From Polynucleobacter necessarius (GTDB lineage Bacteria; Pseudomonadota; Gammaproteobacteria; Burkholderiales; Burkholderiaceae), in assembly GCF_900095195.1 (NCBI RefSeq), contig NZ_LT606950.1, positions 30,001 to 62,000 of the forward strand: a stretch of 32,000 nucleotides of DNA. Direction: 5' to 3'. Both the position numbers and the translations under genes were made by a program. The notes beneath the pieces were generated by a model that did no database searches, was not told the DNA's origin, and saw only the letters and a program-made list of their open reading frames with translations. Positions 13,282 to 21,633 of the stretch are shown piece by piece. Numbering within the stretch: the stretch's first letter is position 1; each line of letters starts with the position of its first letter.

Positions 13282-13890
13282 AAAAAAACTTTTGATTGAA
13301 GGTTTGAGGGGAATAAACCATTCATATGCCCTTGTAAATCAAAATCAATTATTGCAATTAAGAAACAGTCATTTCGAATCATTTCATAATGATCTGCCTT
13401 TTTATAATCACAAATGGAGTAAAGCATTAAATGGATCGGGGTTTGACGAGTCTAGCTCACAACAGTTAAGCAATATTCCATCACTAGACAATAATCTAAT
13501 TCAGTCAGATATTACTTATAGAATCAGTTTCCCATATCGCTTCTATAGCGGTAATACAAAAAGGTTATTCGTATACGGCACATTTATCAAAATGATTTGA
13601 AGAGCGGCATTTCAAATGCACGTTTGAAAAACATCACTCCTTCATATTGGTCCAAGGAAAGCTTTTTACGTGCTGGATTTCTTGATGAGCAAGTGGTTGT
13701 AGTTCCGCATGAAGTGTCTGATGTGTTTTGGCCTATATCAAGCGATCGAAGGTTACATTTTTAGAAATGCTTTAAGGTGTCAAGATGATGATTTTTTACT
13801 TTTATCAATGGCGCCATGATGGGCAATAAAGGCATTGATAAATTATTGACATCATATGCTTTTGAAAGAAAAATATCCCCATATAAGATT
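13274..13890 (+). pseudogene. Remnant of a glycosyltransferase (GT4/group-1-like), N-terminal half only, at least 3 frame breaks
   Basis: Frame 1 reads [29 protein letters not shown]...DITYRISFPYRF...RLFVYGT (stop at 13600). A second frame reads NITPSYWSKESFLRAGFLDEQVVVVPHEVSDVFWP. A third reads [18 protein letters not shown]. The family assignment comes from my recall of the motif order, not from a search. The segment is visibly AT-rich. Confidence 0.5.
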
Positions 13891-14227
13891 GGTTTTGTAA
13901 TCAATTCCGAAAAGCTTGCAGTAAACCGGATAAAAACTGTAAGTAATGTCTGGAAAATGGACGGGCTTACTTTGTTTTAAAAGGCCTGCAAAAACATGCG
14001 CCAGTACTTCATCAGAGCCATTGCCCAAAAACACTTGATTTGAATGAAGGCCATGTAATTTGGCAATGGCGTTTTTTAAGTCTGCGCCTTGATTGCTGCT
14101 AGCGCTTTAGGCAACGGTCCGTAAGGGCTTTCATTGGTGTTGAGCTTCACCAACCGATTCATTTTCGGCTGTTCCCCGGTATGTAGGGTGTCAAAGTTTC
14201 AACAACAGGGCTCCAAAAACGGCTCAT
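13852..14227 (-). pseudogene. hisC: Histidinol-phosphate aminotransferase remnant (N-terminal third), inverted relative to the his operon
   Basis: The minus strand from ATG 14227 reads [18 protein letters not shown] / [31 protein letters not shown] / [64 protein letters not shown]. There are two frame breaks. HisC-like sequence fades near 13890. Confidence 0.8.
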
Positions 14228-14342
14228 TAATGTACTCAGTTTAAAAATCAGAGGGAATTAACAATAAGTTCTGCATTTAAATATCTTCTAGGAATGATAT
14301 TATGAAGTTTCATTTAACACTTCGCCTCGCGGCGTTAGAAGC

Positions 14343-14930
14343 ATGCGGCAAGCCGACGTCACCCGAAATACTTCGGAAACCAAAATTCAGATTTCCATCA
14401 ATTTAGATGGTGCCGGTAAGGCTGAGCTAGCCTCAGGCGTTCCTTTCCTAGACCACATGTTGGACCAAATTGCCCGTCACGGGATGATTGATCTCAAGGT
14501 TGTCGCGCAGGGCGATACCCACATTGATGATCATCACACGGTTGAGGACGTTGGCATTACCTTGGGGCAGGCATTTGCAAAGGCGGTAGGGGATAAAGCA
14601 GGGATCACCCGTTGTGGGCATTCTTATGTCCCATTGGATGAAACCCTCTCTCGCGTGGTCGTGGATTTCTCTGGTCGTCCTGGCCTTGAATTTAATGTGC
14701 CATTTACTCGCGCTCGAGTAGGTAATTTCGATGTGGATCTCAGTATTGAGTTCTTCCGTGGTTTTGTAAACCATGCGGGAGTGACTTTGCATATTGATAA
14801 TTTGCGCGGGATCAATGCGCACCATCAGATTGAGACGGTTTTCAAAGCCTTTGGACGGGCTTTACGTATGGCCTTGTCTGTTGATCCTCGTGCATCGGGT
14901 ACCGTTCCATCAACTAAAGGCAGTCTTTAA
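14343..14930 (+). CDS. hisB: Imidazoleglycerol-phosphate dehydratase
   Basis: 195 aa, monofunctional IGPD. Metal-binding blocks [12 protein letters not shown] and [17 protein letters not shown]. Confidence 0.95.
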   Translation: MRQADVTRNTSETKIQISINLDGAGKAELASGVPFLDHMLDQIARHGMIDLKVVAQGDTHIDDHHTVEDVGITLGQAFAKAVGDKAGITRCGHSYVPLDETLSRVVVDFSGRPGLEFNVPFTRARVGNFDVDLSIEFFRGFVNHAGVTLHIDNLRGINAHHQIETVFKAFGRALRMALSVDPRASGTVPSTKGSL

Positions 14931-14978
14931 TCTTCATTTTTTAGTTGCCGGTTTGATAACAGCAAAGATAGGCTAATT

Positions 14979-15635
14979 TTGGCGCAGACTATTGCGATCG
15001 TCGATTACGGAATGGGCAATCTTCGTTCTGTGTATCAAGCGCTTCATCATGTGGCGCCTAGTGACAAGGTATTAATTGCGCATCAGCCGGAGGAAATACG
15101 ATCAGCCGACCGTGTAGTCTTGCCTGGTCAAGGGGCGATGCCAGATTGCATGAAACATCTAGAGGAGTCGGGGCTTTTAGAATCCTTGTTGGAGACCTCT
15201 AAAAATAAGCCTTTACTGGGCGTTTGTGTGGGCGAGCAAATGCTATTTGATAAAAGTGCTGAAGTGCGGACAAATGAAGTTTGGACCCCGTGTTTAGGGC
15301 TGATATCGGGTGAAGTACGGCGCTTTGATTTGGCTGGTACAAAACAAGCTGATGGATCCGCATACAAAGTGCCTCATATGGGCTGGAATCAAGTCCGCCA
15401 AGATCGATCTCATCCGATTTGGGATGGAATCCCTGATCTGACAAGTTTTTATTTTGTGCACAGTTACTTTGTGTCTCCATGTCATAACGAAGATACTGTA
15501 GGATCTACAGAATATGGAGCATGGTTTACTTCTGCGGTGGCAAAGGATAATATTTTTGCAACACAGTTTCATCCTGAAAAAAGCACAGAATATGGATTGA
15601 AGCTTTATCAAAATTTTGTTTCTTGGCGACCTTAA
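14979..15635 (+). CDS. hisH: Imidazole glycerol phosphate synthase, glutaminase subunit
   Basis: TTG start. [14 protein letters not shown], nucleophile Cys in [11 protein letters not shown], and ATQFHPEKS. Confidence 0.9.
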   Translation: MAQTIAIVDYGMGNLRSVYQALHHVAPSDKVLIAHQPEEIRSADRVVLPGQGAMPDCMKHLEESGLLESLLETSKNKPLLGVCVGEQMLFDKSAEVRTNEVWTPCLGLISGEVRRFDLAGTKQADGSAYKVPHMGWNQVRQDRSHPIWDGIPDLTSFYFVHSYFVSPCHNEDTVGSTEYGAWFTSAVAKDNIFATQFHPEKSTEYGLKLYQNFVSWRP

Positions 15636-15655
15636 TCAATTTTTAACGTTTTACT

Positions 15656-16417
15656 ATGCTGCTTATTCCCGCAATAGATCTGAAAGACGGCCACTGTGTT
15701 CGACTAGAGCAAGGTGATATGGATAAGGCTACGGTGTTCTCTGAGGATCCAGGCGCAATGGCTACTCACTGGATTAGTAAAGATGCACGCCGTTTGCATT
15801 TAGTTGATCTCAATGGTGCTTTTGCTGGAAAATTGAAGAACGAGTCAGCCATTAAATCGATTCTGAAGGCGGTTGGTGATGAGATCCCGGTTCAGTTGGG
15901 TGGCGGTATTCGTGATCTTGAAACAATTGAGCGTTTATTGGATGACGGTATCAGTACCGTCATTATTGGTACTGCTGCGGTTAAGAATCCCGGTTTTGTA
16001 CAAGATGCTTGCACCGCGTTTCCTGGCCATGTAATGGTGGGTCTAGATGCACGTGATGGCAAAGTGGCAACCGATGGCTGGAGCAAGAACACGGGACATG
16101 AAGTGATTGATCTCGCCAAGAAGTTTGAAGACTGGGGCGTTGAAGCGATTATCTACACAGATATTGGTCGGGACGGCATGCTCAAGGGCGTCAATGTTGA
16201 TGCCACCATTAAATTGGCGCAAGCTATTCGTATTCCAGTCATTGCCAGTGGCGGCTTATCCAGCAATAAAGATATTGATGCACTCTGTCAGGCTGAAGAG
16301 GATGGCGTCATGGGGGTGATTGCTGGCCGGTCAATATATTCCGGCGATCTTGATTTAGCGGTGGCCCAAAAATATGCCGATGAGTTAACGCTTAAATATA
16401 AAAAGAAACTCATCTAG
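15656..16417 (+). CDS. hisA: ProFAR isomerase
   Basis: [18 protein letters not shown]-terminus and the GGGIRD and ASGGLS phosphate-binding blocks. Confidence 0.95.
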   Translation: MLLIPAIDLKDGHCVRLEQGDMDKATVFSEDPGAMATHWISKDARRLHLVDLNGAFAGKLKNESAIKSILKAVGDEIPVQLGGGIRDLETIERLLDDGISTVIIGTAAVKNPGFVQDACTAFPGHVMVGLDARDGKVATDGWSKNTGHEVIDLAKKFEDWGVEAIIYTDIGRDGMLKGVNVDATIKLAQAIRIPVIASGGLSSNKDIDALCQAEEDGVMGVIAGRSIYSGDLDLAVAQKYADELTLKYKKKLI

Positions 16418-17175
16418 TGTTAACCAAAAGAATTATTCCGTGCTTGGATGTGACGGCGGGACGAGTTGTTAAAGGGGTGAACTTTGTGGGTTTGCGTGAT
16501 GCTGGTGATCCTGTCGAAATCGCCAAGCGTTATGACACTCAGGGTGCAGACGAACTCACATTCTTAGATATCACCGCCACTTCAGATGGCCGTGATTTAA
16601 TCTTGCACATCATTGAAGATGTGGCATCGCAAGTATTTATTCCATTAACAGTCGGAGGGGGCGTGCGTGCAGTCGCTGATGTGCGTCGCTTGCTGAATGC
16701 CGGCGCGGATAAAGTGAGCATGAATTCTTCGGCAGTGGCTAATCCTGATTTAGTCTCCGATGCAGCTGCTTACTATGGATCTCAATGCATTGTGGTAGCT
16801 ATTGATGCCAAGCGGACTGAGTCTGGAAACTGGGAAGTATTTACTCATGGCGGTAGAACAGCTACGGGTATTGATGTTGTTGAGTGGGCGACTGAGGTAG
16901 CTAAACGGGGTGCAGGCGAAATTTTATTAACGAGCATGAACCGCGATGGCAGTAAGGATGGTTTTGATTTAGCACCTACTGCGGCAGTAAGTGATGCGGT
17001 TTCGGTTCCAGTCATCGCTTCTGGTGGCGTGGGCAATTTACAGCACCTGGTTGACGGCATTACCAAGGGTCATGCTGATGCGGTTCTAGCTGCAAGTATC
17101 TTTCACTATGGTGAATTTTCCGTTGGGCAAGCAAAAGAATATATGGCTGCTCAGGGAGTCCCGGTTCGCATTTAG
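16417..17175 (+). CDS. hisF: Imidazole glycerol phosphate synthase, cyclase subunit
   Basis: GTG start overlapping the hisA stop by 1 nt. [27 protein letters not shown] and IASGGVG blocks. Confidence 0.95.
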   Translation: MLTKRIIPCLDVTAGRVVKGVNFVGLRDAGDPVEIAKRYDTQGADELTFLDITATSDGRDLILHIIEDVASQVFIPLTVGGGVRAVADVRRLLNAGADKVSMNSSAVANPDLVSDAAAYYGSQCIVVAIDAKRTESGNWEVFTHGGRTATGIDVVEWATEVAKRGAGEILLTSMNRDGSKDGFDLAPTAAVSDAVSVPVIASGGVGNLQHLVDGITKGHADAVLAASIFHYGEFSVGQAKEYMAAQGVPVRI

Positions 17176-17216
17176 TGCAATTTCAGGATTTATCACTTTC
17201 ACGGTAAAGTTCAGGT

Positions 17217-17591
17217 ATGAACAAGCCCATGAGCACTTTCACTCCGATTGAGTCTATTCAAGCCGGTTCTTGGTTAGATGCGGTTTCTTGGAACGAACAA
17301 GGTCTCGTGCCCGTCATCGCGCAAGAGTTCGGCAGTAATGACATTTTGATGATGGCTTGGATGAATCGAGATGCGCTCATGGCAACGCTGCGTTTAGGTG
17401 AGGCGGTTTATTGGACCCGTTCACGTCAAAAGCTATGGCACAAGGGCGAAGAGTCTGGCCACACCCAAAAGGTAAAAGAAATTCGTTTAGATTGTGACGG
17501 AGATACGATCTTGTTGATCGTTGAACAAAAAGATGGGATCGCTTGTCATACGGGTGAGCACAGCTGTTTTTTTTCAGCAGTGGGATTCTAG
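17217..17591 (+). CDS. hisI: Phosphoribosyl-AMP cyclohydrolase (C-terminal tail altered by a T8-run frameshift)
   Basis: [19 protein letters not shown] and [29 protein letters not shown]. After the T8 run (17567-17574) the reading frame ends quickly (SAVGF*). The -1 frame reads [18 protein letters not shown] to 17631, which resembles normal HisI tails. Confidence 0.9.
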   Translation: MNKPMSTFTPIESIQAGSWLDAVSWNEQGLVPVIAQEFGSNDILMMAWMNRDALMATLRLGEAVYWTRSRQKLWHKGEESGHTQKVKEIRLDCDGDTILLIVEQKDGIACHTGEHSCFFSAVGF

Positions 17592-17649
17592 TCAATTAAC
17601 TTGGGTCAATGAGTCAACCCCCAAGAAATAAAAGACATAAAATGAAATC

Positions 17650-18051
17650 ATGAGTAACCCAACAGATAAATCTTCCAATTTAGATTCCGCATTAGCTCAT
17701 CTAGCTGATGTGGTGGATCAACGTCGCGACGCATTTAAGGCTGGCAACGCTGACCCAAAAACCTCTTACACAGCATTGCTTTTCTCAAAAGGGGATGATG
17801 GCATTCTCAAAAAAATTGGAGAAGAAGCTACCGAAGCAGTAATGGCCGCAAAAGGTGTTCGGGCATCTGGTTTAGCCCCAGAGCAACAAAAGTTATTTGT
17901 GGGTGAAATGGCTGATCTTTGGTTTCATTGCTTGATTGCACTCTCCCAATTTAATTTGCGTCCTGAGGATGTGATGGCAGAGCTTGATCGTCGTCTTGGT
18001 ACTTCGGGTATTGAAGAAAAAGCAGCCAGAAAAGCCGCAAATAAAGAATAA
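17650..18051 (+). CDS. hisE: Phosphoribosyl-ATP pyrophosphohydrolase
   Basis: [28 protein letters not shown] and [13 protein letters not shown] blocks (MazG-like fold). Follows hisI. Confidence 0.85.
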   Translation: MSNPTDKSSNLDSALAHLADVVDQRRDAFKAGNADPKTSYTALLFSKGDDGILKKIGEEATEAVMAAKGVRASGLAPEQQKLFVGEMADLWFHCLIALSQFNLRPEDVMAELDRRLGTSGIEEKAARKAANKE

Positions 18052-18056
18052 GGTTT

Positions 18057-18416
18057 TTGATGTCACACGATCCAAATTGCCTATTTTGTAAGATTTCACA
18101 GGGCTTGATACCGTCATCCAAGGTGTACGAGGATGACGAGATTTATGCCTTCAAAGACATAAATCCAGCGGCACCAGTGCATTTTTTAATGATTCCGAAG
18201 AAGCATATTCCCATGTTGGAGTCAGCAGAAAGCATTGATGCTCCTTTGCTGGGTAGAATGATGGAATTAGCACCCCGCCTTGCCAAAGAGCAAGGTTGTC
18301 GTCCTGGAAAAGACGGCGGCTTTCGATTGATGGTGAATAACGGTGCGGATGGTGGTCAGGAGGTTTATCACTTGCATTTGCATGTGATGGGCGGTCCCCG
18401 CCCCTGGAAAAAGTAA
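18057..18416 (+). CDS. HIT-family (HinT-like) nucleotide hydrolase
   Basis: CLFCKI N-terminal motif and histidine triad HLHLHVMGG. 119 aa. Confidence 0.85.
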   Translation: MMSHDPNCLFCKISQGLIPSSKVYEDDEIYAFKDINPAAPVHFLMIPKKHIPMLESAESIDAPLLGRMMELAPRLAKEQGCRPGKDGGFRLMVNNGADGGQEVYHLHLHVMGGPRPWKK

Positions 18417-18453
18417 GTTAAGAGATCAGTTCAGGATTCCAAGGAGATTCAAA

Positions 18454-18675
18454 ATGGGTTCATTTAGCATTTGGCATTGGTTAATTGTTTTAGTGATCGT
18501 GATGTTGGTGTTTGGCACTAAAAAATTGCGCAATATTGGCCAGGATTTAGGTGGTGCTGTTAAGGGTTTTAAAGATGGCATGAAATCGACAGACGAACCT
18601 AAAGAACAAATTCAACAAAGTACTGCTAGCACTGATAAGACTGTGGATGTTCAGGCTAAAGACGTTAACAAATAA
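18454..18675 (+). CDS. tatA: Twin-arginine translocase subunit TatA
   Basis: [45 protein letters not shown] Shine-Dalgarno upstream. Confidence 0.9.
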   Translation: MGSFSIWHWLIVLVIVMLVFGTKKLRNIGQDLGGAVKGFKDGMKSTDEPKEQIQQSTASTDKTVDVQAKDVNK

Positions 18676-18680
18676 TTCCA

Positions 18681-19157
18681 GTGATTGATTTAGGAGTTTC
18701 AAAGCTTGCTTTGATTGCTGTAATCGCATTGGTGGTGGTGGGTCCTGAGCGCTTACCCAAGGTCGCCAGAATGGCCGGAAATTTATTTGGTCGTGCGCAA
18801 CGCTATATGGCGGATGTCAAAGCAGAAGTGAACCGACAGATGGAGGTTGAGGAATTTAAAAAATTCCGTGAAGACAGTGCCTCTGCCTTGAAAGAGGTTG
18901 AAAACAGCATCAGCTCTGTTGCAAGCGAAGCAAATGCCAATTTAACGGACCAGGCCGACATCTTTGAAACGCGCTTTGAGGCATTGCCGCTTGATGAAAA
19001 ATCAGTACTAAAAAAGACTCAGCGTCAGGGCCGAAATAGTTGGGGAGTAAAGCGATCCGCAAAACCCATTTGGTACAAGCGTTCAGCGGGAGTTCGTGCT
19101 CGCGTGCAATCTGGGGCGGCCAGAATGAAACGTTTTCGCCATACTGCTGGCAAGTAG
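18681..19157 (+). CDS. tatB: Twin-arginine translocase subunit TatB
   Basis: GTG start. MIDLGVSKLALIAVIALVVVGPERLPKVARMAGNLFGRAQRY. Confidence 0.85.
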   Translation: MIDLGVSKLALIAVIALVVVGPERLPKVARMAGNLFGRAQRYMADVKAEVNRQMEVEEFKKFREDSASALKEVENSISSVASEANANLTDQADIFETRFEALPLDEKSVLKKTQRQGRNSWGVKRSAKPIWYKRSAGVRARVQSGAARMKRFRHTAGK

Positions 19158-19188
19158 GCCTGCAAAATCAAATTAAAGGTCGATTCGC

Positions 19189-19965
19189 ATGCCTGAAAAC
19201 AATACCCCTGAAGATTCTGGAATTCAAGAATCGGTTTTGTCTCATCTTTTTGAGCTTCGGGATAGGGTAGTTAAATCCGTTCTGGCAATTATTGTTGCCC
19301 TTGTCGGCTTGGTTTATTGGGCCCCCGATATTTTTCATCTCTTTGCACAACCACTTTTAGATGCGTTGCCTGCTGGCGGAAAAATGATTGTGACTGACGT
19401 GACCGGTTCGTTTTTTGTACCCATGAAAGTGACGATGTTAGTTGCCTTTCTGATTGCGTTGCCGGTTGTGATCTATCAGTTGTGGGCTTTCATAGCCCCA
19501 GGCTTATACCTTCATGAGCGCAAATTGATTCTGCCGCTCGTCGTCAGTAGCTATACCCTGTTCATTATTGGTATGGCATTTGCTTATTTCTTGGTATTTC
19601 CTACGGTATTTAAATTCATGGCGAGTTATAACGCCCCGCTTGGTGCTGAGATGTCGACGGATATTGATAACTACCTCAGCTTTGCTATGACAACCTTTTT
19701 GGCTTTTGGTGTCACCTTTGAGGTGCCGGTCGTCGTGGTTGTTTTGGTGCGTATGGGCATGGTTTCCTTGGCAAAGTTAAAGGAGATCAGGCCATACGTG
19801 ATTGTGGGGGCATTTGTAATATCAGCAATCCTTACTCCGCCAGACGTACTTTCTCAATTGCTGTTAGCTGTACCAATGACTCTGCTTTATGAATTGGGTC
19901 TGTTGATTGCGCGCCTTTATGTTCCCAATCCTACTGTAGAGGATGCGAATACACCATCAAGCTAA
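19189..19965 (+). CDS. tatC: Twin-arginine translocase subunit TatC
   Basis: 258 aa with six TM segments. HLFELRDR N-terminal block and TPPDVLSQ block. Confidence 0.95.
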   Translation: MPENNTPEDSGIQESVLSHLFELRDRVVKSVLAIIVALVGLVYWAPDIFHLFAQPLLDALPAGGKMIVTDVTGSFFVPMKVTMLVAFLIALPVVIYQLWAFIAPGLYLHERKLILPLVVSSYTLFIIGMAFAYFLVFPTVFKFMASYNAPLGAEMSTDIDNYLSFAMTTFLAFGVTFEVPVVVVVLVRMGMVSLAKLKEIRPYVIVGAFVISAILTPPDVLSQLLLAVPMTLLYELGLLIARLYVPNPTVEDANTPSS

Positions 19966-21425
19966 AGCAGCTCGGTACCTTTTTGTTTTTTTATGTTTTG
20001 CCGAAAAGTAGTACCCAACCAGTCTGTAACTTGATCGAAGCGATACCGTCTTTGACGCAAGTTGCCTTCCAGTTCCATATCAGCTCCAGCAGAAACTTTC
20101 CCTGCCGCTAGTAGAGCGCGACGTTGTTGAATCGTCTCAATTAGGATCAGTCTGGGTAGTATTTTGGGAAGTTCCCAACGAATATCGACAACTACACAAT
20201 GCTCATGCTGAAGTTGCCCCACCTTAGCGAGTAAAAGCTCTGCTTTAGTAAAGTTAAATTGATTAGCAATGATGATTCGGTGGCATAGGAGCATCCATTC
20301 CTCATCAATCTTATATTCGGCATGATGACTAATTGCCATATTGGCGAACTGAGCGAGCTCATGCCAATCATTTTCTTCTGGCTTAGAGCAACTAGTAAGA
20401 ATTTTGCCAAGTAATTGTGTGGCTTCACTAACGCCTTGTTGGTGAGCCTGCCAAGCCCAATAAGATGCTTGTAGACCCTTTACTTTTTCTTCGATTTTGT
20501 CGCGTTTACGCCAGAGGTTGGCGCCCTTACGATATTGTGCTTGGGGGTGACCAAGATCTGCAGCGCGATCAAAACATCGGTCACTTTCTGCGGCGCTGTA
20601 CCCAGAAAATTGCGGGCGTCGATAAATCTCACCGAGAGCGAACCATGCATCTCGATCGCCATCTTTAGCTGCTAGCGAAAGCCAGTGAGCGGCTTTTTTA
20701 AGTGAAACATTTGATTTTCCGTCCTGGCTCCCATCAAATTGCGCGAGGCGCAGTCCCAAGGCCATTTTGGCAGCAGTTAACCCAAGTTCGGCAGCACGAA
20801 CTAACGCATCTTCATTTTGGTCTTTTATCCAGGCATCCCAAAGAGAGGAAAGGGCTTCATTTTTGGGTTGAAGTTGAATCAGCAATTCTTTTGCTTGATG
20901 AGTAAACTCAGAATTACTTTCCGCGATTTCTTGCAGGTACTCTTTGGCAACTTTTTGAAGTCCACCGAAGTCTAAGTTGGCAAATCGTTCGTTAGAGGAA
21001 ATGGACAATCCTTTTGAAAGCCAGTCAGATAATTTTGATTGAATATCCTCATTTGCTGGGTTGATGAGTAGGTGGATCAACTGCCACCGAGCCATCAGAC
21101 TGGTTCTCGGCGACTCTTTTGATTCTGCTAGTGCCCAAAAATGATCCCACCCGAATTGAAATGCTGGGGAGCTAATGGTTTTGGCTAACGGAACCTCAGC
21201 AAGGCGTTTAAAAACTTCCTGAATATCTTCGTTTAGCCCTAAATTTTCTGTATCTAATTGATTTTTAAGGGATAAATATGATTTTTCTAGCCAAATTAAC
21301 GCATTGGAGGGCTGAATAGGAGTCTTAAAAGCGCCTGTAAGGTAGGCTTCAGACAATTGTTGTTGCGCATATACATCACCAAAGCGTGCAGAACTAAGGA
21401 TTTTTAAGAATTCGCGACTAGCCAT
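19962..21425 (-). CDS. Sel1-like repeat (SLR/TPR-family) protein of unknown function
   Basis: Several Sel1-type units (GDVYAQQQLSEAYLTG; AAELGLTAAKMALGLRLAQ; WLSLAAKDGDRDAWFALGEIYRRP; FDRAADLGHPQAQYRKGANLW; AHQQGVSEATQLLGKIL). I prefer the ATG at 21425 (MASREFLK...) to the TTG at 21554. There is no obvious signal peptide. Confidence 0.6.
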   Translation of the reverse strand: MASREFLKILSSARFGDVYAQQQLSEAYLTGAFKTPIQPSNALIWLEKSYLSLKNQLDTENLGLNEDIQEVFKRLAEVPLAKTISSPAFQFGWDHFWALAESKESPRTSLMARWQLIHLLINPANEDIQSKLSDWLSKGLSISSNERFANLDFGGLQKVAKEYLQEIAESNSEFTHQAKELLIQLQPKNEALSSLWDAWIKDQNEDALVRAAELGLTAAKMALGLRLAQFDGSQDGKSNVSLKKAAHWLSLAAKDGDRDAWFALGEIYRRPQFSGYSAAESDRCFDRAADLGHPQAQYRKGANLWRKRDKIEEKVKGLQASYWAWQAHQQGVSEATQLLGKILTSCSKPEENDWHELAQFANMAISHHAEYKIDEEWMLLCHRIIIANQFNFTKAELLLAKVGQLQHEHCVVVDIRWELPKILPRLILIETIQQRRALLAAGKVSAGADMELEGNLRQRRYRFDQVTDWLGTTFRQNIKKQKGTELL

Positions 21426-21633
21426 ATAACAATTTTTGCATCTAAGAGCCCAAAAAGGCACAAATCCAACGTCTTGTTGCCGAGATACAACGAAGAAAGC
21501 CAAAAAACTACCTTTTGACAAGCAAAAAGTACCCCTAAATGCTCTTGGCAGCAATCTGCCACATCAAAGGAAGGAAAATTCATAGGTCCCAGCTTTATTT
21601 GGGCATTACTTTCAATTTATGGAGATTTACAGA

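Noticed and set aside
14287-14405. A small [20 protein letters not shown]..., overlapping the hisB start. I considered it as a relic of the original + strand hisC 3' end, because HisC proteins often end ...LLAALEA.
   Set aside because: The only resemblance is 7-8 residues, the frame has no appropriate stop, and I cannot test it without an alignment. It is too weak to report as a feature.
5046-16419. Stop/start overlaps: TAATG at mlaF/E and mlaD/A, GTGA at the ABC pair, TAGTG at hisA/F.
   Set aside because: This is ordinary translational coupling in compact operons and is not unusual.
17182-18438. A shared 9-mer, TTCAGGATT, upstream of both hisI (17182-17190) and tatA (18430-18438).
   Set aside because: It is a single short match at different distances from the two start codons. 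It is compatible with chance in AT-rich spacers.
21515-21541. A perfect TTGACA (21515-21520) upstream of the porin gene, considered as a -35 element.
   Set aside because: The best downstream -10 candidates (CTAAAT, TAAATG) are poor and lie only 14-15 nt away. I cannot support a promoter call from sequence alone.
21426-21554. A 43-codon N-terminal extension of the Sel1-repeat ORF, starting at a TTG.
   Set aside because: The extension (MLPRAFRGTFCLSKGSFLAFFVV...) looks like translated intergenic sequence. The first Sel1 unit begins right after the ATG at 21425.
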